From Klebsormidium nitens (lineage: Eukaryota > Plantae > Klebsormidiophyceae): 45,172 bases of DNA. The notes under the pieces were generated by a model. The model had not been told where the DNA came from. It searched no databases and was given only the letters and a program-made list of their open reading frames with translations. Location of the stretch: assembly GCA_000708835.1 (NCBI GenBank), contig DF237625.1, positions 1 through 45,172 of the forward strand, given 5' to 3'. A program made the position numbers and the translations under genes. Shown here piece after piece: positions 11,601-21,844 of the stretch (position 1 is its first letter; every line of letters begins with the position of its first letter).

Positions 11601-14478
11601 NNNNNNNNNNNNNNNNNNNNNNNNNNNNNNNNNNNNNNNNNNNNNNNNNNNNNNNNNNNNNNNNNNNNNNNNNNNNNNNNNNNNNNNNNNNNNNNNNNNN
11701 NNNNNNNNNNNNNNNNNNNNNNNNNNNNNNNNNNNNNNNNNNNNNNNNNNNNNNNNNNNNNNNNNNNNNNNNNNNNNNNNNNNNNNNNNNNNNNNNNNNN
11801 NNNNNNNNNNNNNNNNNNNNNNNNNNNNNNNNNNNNNNNNNNNNNNNNNNNNNNNNNNNNNNNNNNNNNNNNNNNNNNNNNNNNNNNNNNNNNNNNNNNN
11901 NNNNNNNNNNNNNNNNNNNNNNNNNNNNNNNNNNNNNNNNNNNNNNNNNNNNNNNNNCGCCGTGGCGTTTGGCTTCCCCGGGGGGGGGCCTACGTGGAGT
12001 GCTTTCAGACTGGCGGGCCCCCGGTGGGCAGATCACATCCGGTTTGTGGAGAGCCGCGTACCTGGCCACGTCATCCTCGGCGGTATGGCCACACTCCCGG
12101 GGATGGCGCAGGGTTACTTACAGTCGGTGGATCGGGAAACCGGGAAGATGAAGGTGGGAACAGGGGGCAAAACATCCAGCTTGTATATAATTTTCATAAA
12201 AATCTTTCTTCTTGTCGCTCTTCCAGTGAGAGCCCACAGCAAATTAGCGAAATCGACGAAGAGGAAGAATGCACAATAGACATAAAGTCCACTATTTTCT
12301 TCTCTTGCTGTATCTCACGCTTCCCTTCGTAAACGAGGAGCTCGTGACTACCTCTTAACGAAACATTGCGTGAAGGCTGCTCTTCGAACGCCCAATGGTC
12401 CTGCAGAAGTCCCCCGTTCTGATGCCTTTCATTCTAAACCCTATCGTAAACCATTACAAACCTTCTTTCAGTTTCGCCCTTTCGCCCCGTCCCCCGACGT
12501 GCCGACGGCGACCTATTTCTGCCCTTGATGCCTTACGCCGTAAAGTACCCTTAACCTTCTGTTCTGACTGCAAACTTTCGTACAGATCCGCCCTCTCGCC
12601 CCGTCTCCCGACGAGCCCTACCAAACGGGCGACCTCTTCACGGTCTACCCACATTCCTCGGACGGCCTCACTTGGATCAAGTCCGTAATTCGTGCGGACA
12701 ACTTGCTGGTTCACACGACCGGGGAGAAAACCAACCCAACAGCCTTCGAGGGGGCTGTCCAGGAGCTGCCGTTTGTCAAGGTCAGACTGCTAACCCACGA
12801 GGTTAAGACTGCTTGTTTGGCAAATTGTTCAGATTTTGCCAGGGCCGATGCGTACCCGCCAGCGTCTGGAAAGTGCTAAGAAGGAAAAATCGTGATAGTT
12901 CCAGGATCTCAGAAGGCTTGGATCTTGTCATCCTCGCCCCCTGGTCGAAACAGAGGCGTGTGTTTATTAAAGGTGACGTCAGCATGACAGTTGCAAGGAA
13001 AACAAGGGCACTCGAGTGAGCATCCTTCGCTCGCAAATTATCCAATGTGTGCACATTAACAAGTGGATAGCCCATTTCCCGTCAACGATTTCCTGCCGTT
13101 GCTTGGTGTGGAGAAGTGACGATTACGACGACACGTGTCGCTCGCAGGATGTGATTGCGGTGGGGAGCGGCTACCCGCGGCCGGGGCTGGTGGTCAAACC
13201 GGATTGGGCGGCAGTGGAGCAGCTGACACCGGTGGGTCAAGGCAAGGAGGTACGTCGGTCTTGTCCTATCTTGGCTGATAAGCGCTTCCGTCTCAATTGT
13301 TCTGTGACTTTTTTGACGTCTTACAGGCCTTCGCAGGAGGGTTCGTGCTGTAAACCTGGTTGATGTACTGGCCTTGAGTCTGTCTAAAGGACAGACAAGC
13401 CGGCTTTATCCTTGTTACCGTCTTGTTCACATATTGTCAGCTTCTAAGCAGCCCGTAACCGACCATGATTAACCACCAGAAACCCTGTGGAAGTAGCACT
13501 TCCTCTCATATCACTCCCTTATTGAGGTTGAGCTCTTTAAAGCTCCTACCTGGCTGACTTGGTTCCGCTACCGCAGCACGCCTCTTTCACAAGCGACTTT
13601 CTGCAGAACACTCCCGGAGTACACGAAAGCTCTCCAGAAAGATTCCAAAGGAGGAGATTCCCCACATCGCACCGGTACTCACCGACATGCTCTCAATTGT
13701 TTGATTTCCCATCCGTCAAAGTTCTCAGCTTTGGGCCAGTCTCCGTCCACTCAGAGCGTTTTGAGGCTGCCTCTGGTCAATCAGACGAGCTTTGTCGAGT
13801 GTTTCGAATACGAGCTGATACTAGTCGTCGTTTGCAGGAGTGGGTCCGTGGCCAGGTGTGGGCGTTGATCCAGGCAATCAACAAAAAGATGCCGTCCAGC
13901 TCGTGGGTCGCGCGAGGGGCGATCTGCGTTCTCTCGCCACAGGATTCGGAAGAGGTGGGGCTTCAATCTGCTCCGAAGCTTGTGGCTTCTGCAGCTAAGC
14001 GGTCTGACACTTCGCCGTTTCCGAAGTGTGGAAACGGCGAAGAAAAGTGATGGATTGTGCTGTTCGTACCCCAAAGGATTCGTTCTGCTTCAAGCTTATC
14101 TAGTCCACGATTGTGACCTCGGCTGTTCGACGTGTCGGTTTAGCTGCGGTCTAGATGCAGGAGACAAATACTAGTCCTTAAAGGAGGACGAAATAGAGCG
14201 ACTTACCTTCTTCGCGCTGTGCAAAAGTCAGATTTCAACGTAAAGCGATACCTGTGCAGAAGGAGGTGACTGCGTGGGAGAAAAGTGGGTGATCGCCTCA
14301 CAGAGATGCCTTCTAATGACTATTTTCATAGGTCACGTTCCCGCGGACCGTCAAGGGCGAGATAGCACGTGGCCCAGCGAACGAGCTCTTGAAGAGCCAC
14401 GTGGCAGCTATGTTCGCGGGTCTTGAAGCGCCTCCACAGAAGTCTGTCCTTCCGGTGGCGAACGGTGTACACACGAAG
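5623..14478 (+). other. Adenylation (ANL-superfamily) domain of A-T-R copy 1
   Basis: Motifs: KGDRMAILASNSPEY (A2), IMHTGGTTGLPKQV (A3), WMPLFHAIG (A4), AFGSTEIG (A5), YQTGDLF (A7), RADNLLVHTTGEKTNP (A8), FPRTVKGEI (A10). Confidence 0.9.
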
Positions 14479-17400
14479 GTCGGTGTTGCTGAAATGCAAA
14501 GGTTGAGCTTCATTCGAGCGCCTGCTCATGCCGTGTGCCATCCCTTGTATTGCAAAAGTCGACCGCCTTCTTCTGCTGAGGCAATGCTCTCATCTCACTG
14601 GAAGTCAGTGCATGAAAGTGACGGTCTTTCCATTTCCGGTCTCAGATCTGTGAAAGGCCTGCGCCAATGATAGTGTCTGTCTTCAAAGATCCATCATTAC
14701 CCGTCAATGGGAGCTGACGTCATCAAAGCGCTTCCTATCTGGACGGAATGATTCCCATATTTGAGCAGTAATAGACACGACGTTTCCACTTCGAACGTGA
14801 CAAGTTTCTCAACGTGTCATTGAACCAACTTAGGAAGGTAGTGGATAATGTTCGAACGTGAGAAGATGTCTTTCCGATACTCGCAGGTCAAGGTAGTTGC
14901 GTACGACAGAGTTTTGGACACCGTCCGCCGAAGAGCCGCCCAAGTGTTGGGGCTAGATGCTCGAGAACTGGACGCTCAGCCAGGCGGTGAACCGCCCCGG
15001 CTTCTGGACCTAGGCCTCAGCAGTCTGACAGCAACCGAGCTAGCCCAAGTGAGATCTTCCGGAAACTTATATTTACGGGCCAAACAAAGCGCCCAACATT
15101 GCTGTACAGAATTTTCCAAAGCGTTGAGATTGCTACTGGCAGGTAGTTCCAGTCTACTCACGTACAGATATCTGCACATTCAGCCGGTATAGGCTGTCGT
15201 CCGACTTTCAAAACCTGGCAGATCAAGTTTGTGAGGAGAGTCTCGCGTTGACCGCTTCGAAGCTCTTCGTTTGATGTGCGATTAGCCTCCCTTGATTCAG
15301 CGAAGACTTTTTTGAACGGAAACTCCTTTGCTCTAGTCTTTGGTCGCTCGATTGAGCTTAACAGTGACCCAATTTCTACTTGCAGATCTGAAGCGCTTCT
15401 CATTTCGGTGCAGGCAATTGCTGAGTACGTGGGCGTTCCTTTCCCGGCGACCATGCTGTACGAGGACGTTCCTGACGTGGTCGCCCTCGCCGAGTGGGCG
15501 ACCGCCGCCTTGCAAACCGAGGCGGAGCACGCGCCGCGATCAAACGGGGCGGTAAGAGCAGTCACCTCAGCGGAGGGAGCTAGTCCCATTTCCTTAAAAA
15601 GATCAATGTTTCCTAGCAAAGGGGAGGCCCTAATAAAGGGCCTTTCTTTCCTTGACGAGGGAAAGTGACAATAGGACCCTTTTCTTTCCTACAATGAGGG
15701 TCAGTCTCGACTGTCTGAAGGAGAGGGCCTCGTATGCATCGCGCTTGGCGTTTTCCATGTGCAGTTTCTGTTTCCAAATGCCTTAACCTTCTGATTATCT
15801 GCTTATTATCTGTCTTTCAGGAAAATGGATGGGGTACAAACTTTCAGCAATCCTTTTGCAGGTCCCCAGTACCAATTCTAACCACAGCCCCAACGGCATT
15901 GCGCCTGAGGGCAAGGGAACTTTCCTCTTTCTGACGGGCGCTACTGGATTCATCGGCTCGCACGTGTTGAAGGTGAGTTCAGCGGGGCAAAAGAAATGTC
16001 GACCAAGCCAGCATAAGTATCCAACCCACTGCCAATAAATGATTGGCAAATTTCGAGACGGTTGATTCCAGCCGCTGTTCTGCACGCAAAACGCGTCTTC
16101 TTACAGCGTAAGTAGCGCAATCAGGAAAAAACAGCGTGAGAGCAGTCCTCTCCGAGTCCGTCTGCTTATCTGAAGAACAAATCACCCCACTCTCTGTAGA
16201 TTCAATCCTTGAATTGTCGTAATAAGCTTGCCAATGGCGATCACTCGGAGCTCGTATTGTCAAAAACCTCAAAGCTCTACCGAACACCGAACTTCCCACC
16301 TTGCAGGATCTCCTGAGCCGCCCCGCCGACGAAGTGGCGACCGTGGTGTGCCTGGTCCGCGGGCCCTCGGTCGCCGCCTGCCAGGCCCGGCTGCACCAAG
16401 CCCTGCTGCGTGCGGGCAAAGACCTCAAGTCCAGAACCGGGTGAGGAAAAGTTATGGGAGAGGGCCAGGAATGCCCGTGTCCCTTCTGTTGAACACACCT
16501 TTTGATGAGGCATTTTGAACGACTTTGGGAGAGAAGATGAGCCGGGACCTGGAGAGATATTTGATAGCAACTTCGGCCCTCTCCGTTTCGTCCTCGACAA
16601 GATTTGGGGCCGTTCTTTCAGCGAAGTGTGATGGAAACTTATGCGAATCCTTTTGCGAAGGGATGTTAATCAGACTAGCTTTACCTGCCCGAGTTCTTTC
16701 CAAAGACCCTCGTGGGTATCTTCGCAGAATTGGCAACTCAAGGCGGGGGCAATCGTTGACCGTACTAGTTCTAAACTCCTTGTCCTTGATTCAGAAAAAG
16801 AGGGACAACTTTCTGGCTAACATAAAGAAACGTGCCTTTTCCTGCTGGCCCGACAGCGCCCGGGTGGTCGTTGTGCCCGGCGACCTGCAGAAGCCGCTCC
16901 TGGGGATGACTCCCGACGACTGGCGACTTTGGGGGGAGCGCGTTCACACCGTGATCCACTGCGGGGCAGCCGTGCACCTGACCGCAGAGTACGAAAAGCT
17001 CGCGGAAGCTAATGAGAAAAGGTGCGTTGCAGGGGATAAATTCTAGCAGAACTCATATATTTGGCTTGTGATGTGAGCTTGATCCGAGACCAGAGGCAGC
17101 TGTCGACCGAAACGTTCATCACCTCAATTGTGCATCGTGAATACAAAGGTTTCAGGACCTGTCTTGATGAAAACAGACAGGGAGTTTTCTTGGGTCGTGG
17201 AAACGTCAGACTTTGTGGTGTCTGAAAGAGTGACAGCTGGACGTGCGCTATGCAGTGTGCAAGAGATCATTCGCTTCGCCCTCCAAGGGGTGGGACCGCC
17301 AAAGCCCGTCCACTTCGCATCCAGGTAAGCCTTCCAACCTTCACCTTCCGCTCAAAGTCGGTTACTTTGCACAAAGCTCGACTCTCTTTCCTTTAGTCTC

Positions 17401-20197
17401 TGTTGGCTCTGTTGTTGTCTCCGCAACGGTGCGCATGCCTTTGCCTGTCCTTGCTAATCCGTGACTAAAATTTGATACATGCGAAGAGTATTGCACATTG
17501 TTCTAGCGCGTCTTACCACGTGTTCTCTTGCCTTTTCGTTCACAGACTGTGCATCAATCCTTCAGAGGCATGTAAAGCTTATCCGAATAGATAGAACATA
17601 AGCTCGTTTATGTCGGTCATGATTTCAAGGAAACGTTTCCGCTTTCCGTCTCAGCGTGTCGGTGAGCTTTCTACTGGGAGCAACTCAGAAGAACGGAGAA
17701 GTGCGGATCATGCCAGAGGCAGTCGACTTTGTCGAGGAGCGCGGGGCAACCCGAATGGGTTACGCGCTAACTAAGGTAAACACGCTCGTGAGGGATGAAG
17801 TCACGGCACTGCTATTACGTTGACGCTAGTGCAGTCGAAGCCGAGTACAATAACGTCCTTAGCAAGTTTGCGTGATGGAATAATCTCAGCGTTTGGTCCC
17901 TCGGATCCTTTCTGTTGTGGCTCATGTTTTGACGCGACTCACCCTTTGTCGCCTTGTTGATGACTGGGCGTTCTACTGCGTGCTTCTACCTTCCGAAGTT
18001 GAAAGCATACCCGAGCACGTCGAATACGCGCAAAACATAGAAATGGGCTGCAAAAGCGATGAACGGGACTATTCGGCCGCGGTTGAGCTTCCCCCATGTG
18101 CGACTGGACGTGAAGGAGCTTGACTGATTCCTTTGACTATTATCATTCTCGCAGCGGAAAGCGGAGCTGGCTCTTAAGGCCGCGGCGCAGGGCACCAGCG
18201 TCCCCGTTTTTATCTACCGGATCGGGTTAGCATTGGGTTCCACCGAGAACGACGGGTTGGGCGCCGCCGATAACATGTTCACGTGGCTGATTCGGGCCGC
18301 GAAAACGTTCAAAAAGGTGAGCTGCCTTCGCTGACTCTGACGTTACTGAGTCGTCTTGCGGTGACCGTCAAAGTCATGCGTGTTGCCTGTGGCGAAGTTT
18401 GTAGAGCCGAAGGGGGAAGTTGACCCGCCGTCAGCGTCTAATGATTTGGAAAGTTGCTATACGTACTGGCCTTCCGTGAGCTTGAGACTCCCGTTTGCAC
18501 TTACTCTGCATCCTGCCCAAGCTTTGATTCTTCTACTGGAACTGAGAGAATTCATTTTTTATGTTTGCGCGTGCTCCGATACAGGACTTCGGGAGAGTAT
18601 CTTCATCCCTGTTTCCTCCCTCAGGTGAATCGTGAGCCAGGATTGTCAAACGGAGCGATCGCTTGAAGAATGACGTTCCAACAAGCTGACTTCTTGTGAG
18701 TTTTTAATAAAGAAGCCGTGCTGAGAAAGATGCTCAATAAGCAAACGTTTTGTGCAGCTTCCTCGCCTGGGACCGAGTGCGTGGATGGGCATCCCCGTTG
18801 ATTACTTGGCGACCACGTGGGCCACCCTCTGCCTTCGCAACACTAGGTGAGTGCACTTCGATATCTCGCACAGCACATAAGAGGCAACTCACTTAAGATA
18901 AGCACCCGGGTGCCGAGTGGGGCTGGTTGGGTAGGTTCGGGCGTAATGGTTTGCGTGATTAGGGTGCGTTTGGGTGCGGAGCGCGTAGATTTATGGTTTA
19001 GAATCTACGGTTGTGAGTGCCCGAATGAATTGAAATGGGAGTAATTATGTGGCGAGAGCAGTCTATCGCACGTTCAAGGCTCTCGGCCTCACTGAAGAAA
19101 CTCACTAGTGCGATCTGCCGCAGTGATTTTGTGGTCTTCCCAACCCAGTGCCAGAACGAGAAGGCGCATGATGGATTTTCTCAAACTCCCTTAATGAAGT
19201 TTCGACTTGTTTCTCCGCAGGGTCGTTCCGGACGAGCTCCCCGTTTATCACTTGATTCCGTTCACGCCCCAGAGCTGGGACGACATCTATGAGGTAAGCC
19301 CTATCCCATTAGGGTCGGAGTCCGGCGACCCTCACTTTTCCTTCGAAAAAGTCAACGATTGCATTCTGTCCAGTCCTTAGGTTCGCTTGAACCAGTCAGA
19401 TTCATCATCGTCGTTGGACCTGACTTCTTTTCAAAAGTTGGTGCTTATCGCGCTCCTTGTCGTTGGCACACGTCGCCACTCGTCCTCAAACCCGTTTTGG
19501 TGCACGACACCCCGAGCGAGTTGGAATGTGCCCTGCAGCTTTGGGCTATTCTCTGTTACGGGCTCCTCGTACCCTCTAACAAGCCGCCTTTGTTCTGTTG
19601 ATCTGACGAGAGTCTTTTATGCTCGACACAGGCGATGCGCAGCAACGGGCTCCCTTTCGAGACCCTCGGTTCAGTGGCCGAGTGGGCTGCGGACGTCCGA
19701 ACGGCAGCGGAGACGGACCGCAAGCTTACCCAGTTCTTGCCGCTCATTCCCCTGCTGGAGGTGAGGCGTAACGCTTTCTCTCACGTCTAAACAAACGTTA
19801 CCGCACCGCTCTTCCTGCACATGGATGGTTTTTCGGACGATCGCCTCGGCGAGACCGAATATGGAGTTCAGTCCTTGTGCGGCAGGGTTTACGAAGCCAA
19901 GCTGCAAGGTTTGCTCTCTGCGTAAGGTCAGGCCGAGATGGACGGAATCCGATACTGTTCCTGCCACCTTGTTTCCATCTTCAAACTAGAAACTAACGAG
20001 GCCCTGTTTTGCAGCCAGCCCGCAATGCCGAGCTTTCTTTTGGCCGGTCTCTCGGGCGAAGTGGACCACAACAAGGCCCTGCATTCGAAGCCACGTTTTA
20101 GTTGGTGCCTCACTTTTACACGGGATTCTCCTTACAGGGTCTCGCTGCAAGGCCGTTCCCCAGCTTTGCGACGGAGCGCACGCGCCGCGCACTGAAG
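5623..20197 (+). CDS. NRPS-like adenylation-thiolation-reductase (A-T-R, carboxylic acid reductase-like) enzyme, copy 1, about 1110 aa, at least 26 exons
   Basis: Exons: 5623-5718, 6020-6115, 6601-6783, 7053-7130, 7492-7695, 8209-8313, 9106-9240, 9854-9984, 10542-10637, 11200-12153 (spans the false gap), 12586-12780, 13148-13249, 13838-13954, 14332-14478, 14887-15048, 15414-15551, 15862-15972, 16307-16440, 16857-17021, 17256-17324, 17655-17775, 18155-18316, 18758-18846, 19221-19293, 19632-19760, 20138-20197. All are frame-compatible and matched exon-for-exon by the paralog at 27359-41592. The terminal exon and stop were not resolved. Confidence 0.93.
11263..11957. other. Assembly gap (695 N) inside a coding exon, probably spurious
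   Basis: The flanks overlap by 21 identical nt (11242-11262 = 11958-11978). Collapsing them gives a 238-nt exon, the same length as the paralogous exon 36309-36546. Confidence 0.9.
14887..15551 (+). other. Carrier (thiolation, phosphopantetheine-binding) domain of copy 1
   Basis: VLDTVRRRAAQVLGL...LLDLGLSSLTATELAQAIAEYVGVPFPATMLYE. The LGLSSL serine corresponds to the G-x-(D/S)-S-L attachment site. Confidence 0.88.
15862..20197 (+). other. Terminal thioester reductase (extended SDR, NAD_binding_4) domain of copy 1
   Basis: FLTGATGFIGSHVL (Rossmann fold), VVCLVRG, GDLQKPLLGM, VIHCGAAVH, HFASS, catalytic GYALTK (YxxxK), IYRIG, IPVDY. Confidence 0.92.
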
Positions 20198-20235
20198 GTG
20201 GGTCCCAGTTTCTTCATATGCAAAGGGCTACCGGA

Positions 20236-20350
20236 GTCCGAACGGGGTCCGAATCTGACCTGAATCAGGCCCGAAACAACACTGCCACATGTCCGACTAG
20301 TCCGATTGATGTCCGAACTGGATCCGAAACGGTCCGAACTTGGTCCGAAA
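20236..20350 (+). repeat. Degenerate short tandem GTCCGA(A) repeat
   Basis: About 8-9 copies of TCCGA. Six consecutive copies at 20292-20348 are spaced 9-11 nt apart. Confidence 0.6.
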
Positions 20351-21844
20351 GGCACTTTTATTTGAATCTGCTTCGGACAAGCTTTCAGGCCTTGTGAATG
20401 GCTTACACGTTGAAACCCCGCTAGGCGGAATCACCTCGCCCGCCGCGGCCCCGCCGCAAAGGAACAATTCTTTGAGCGCTCAGTTGCATGCCCGGCGATC
20501 ACCCTTCTCAAGGAAAACACCGTAGACTTCTGCAGTTGCAAAAGTTTGCTCGTTCCTATTCATTTGGGGTAGTTCTTTGCGGGCGTAACTTGTCCCAGTG
20601 ATTTTTTCGCAGTGTATGGGACCGGGGTCAGAGAAGGCCTAGTCCCTTGATCTGGTCCGTCAGATTTCATCGACAATTTGGACATCGAAATAGAGCAGTT
20701 GAATTCACCAAAGAACGCTCTTTTTTAAGCGTTGCGTCCCGTGCTCGCAATCAAATGGGAGATCCGACGCTCAACCCGGCGCTCTCACAGCGAACAGTTT
20801 CCTTGTGCAGATGGCCGGAGTGAATACGCCGACCCTCTTGAGTGCCAACGAGCTGAGGCTACTTGTGCAAGCGGTCGGCTGATAACACTAGCTCATGAAA
20901 TTATCCGGCCGGACAGATTCAATCAACCGCCCTGCGTGTCTCAAAAGTCCTCAGCAATCCGTCTTAGATATGTTCATCATTCAGGCGGCAGTACACCCGG
21001 CGCTGATAGATTAATCCAACTGTCGTAGAAAGAAACAACTTGCACGCTGCTCGCAGGAAATCAAAGACCTCGACTGATTTCTTTGTTATATTTTCGAATT
21101 GTACTACACTTCATGCGTGCCTGCTTGTCGACTTTGACGTCATGGTTAATGGTTCTCGTATGTGCATGCGAAGCCCTAATACGAATCACATAGGATTGCT
21201 TCTACGGGTCACAAAACTAACTCCCGGTAAAACGGTCGGTTGTGAAACGAAATCACCACCATTGTAATATCTGCGGTAATGTCATACACCTTGCACTTCG
21301 TAAACCTGGGATTACGAGTATTCAGTGCACGAAGGGTTATGCATAATCAGACAATCTAATCGACTGATGCAGTAAGCTGCACTAGCTTATGAGCTGGACG
21401 ACATTCCCGCAACTGTCGACGGAATGATCGACTGCTGCTCCAACGTGTACTGATAAGAGGGTAATTGAGCACCATTGCTGAAGAAGCGATGTGGAGTTTG
21501 TATGCAAAGAAACCACGAATCGAGCTATATCAATAGAATGACTGCTGTTTTGACACAAACATCCCTGTAAAATACTTCACTTATTCACGTTTGAACGACT
21601 CTTGTCTATGTATACATCAGAACTGAGTTTCTGGCAGTCTTTTGCATTGCATGCATGTCAACTGTAGTTGTAAACGCTCGAATGAGGGGCAAGTCGCCCT
21701 CGTCCGGCTATTTGACGAACCGAGCAACCCGCTGATCAAAATCAAGCAAGTCGAGTCTGAGGCTCTATCATGTGTTCTCCAAAAGGTGGCCGACTGCACA
21801 ACTTTTTCACGTACGCAAGCCTGAACCCATCAGCTCTACACATT

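Noticed and set aside
11179-12332. Three ORFs of 296-369 aa in the ORF track
   Set aside because: Artefacts of translating through the N run.
19815-20100. Possible extra exons in copy 1 (about 19815-19925 and 20015-20100)
   Set aside because: They give stops or non-conserved peptides. The paralog shows only weak nucleotide similarity here, and the flanking exons already join in phase 0.
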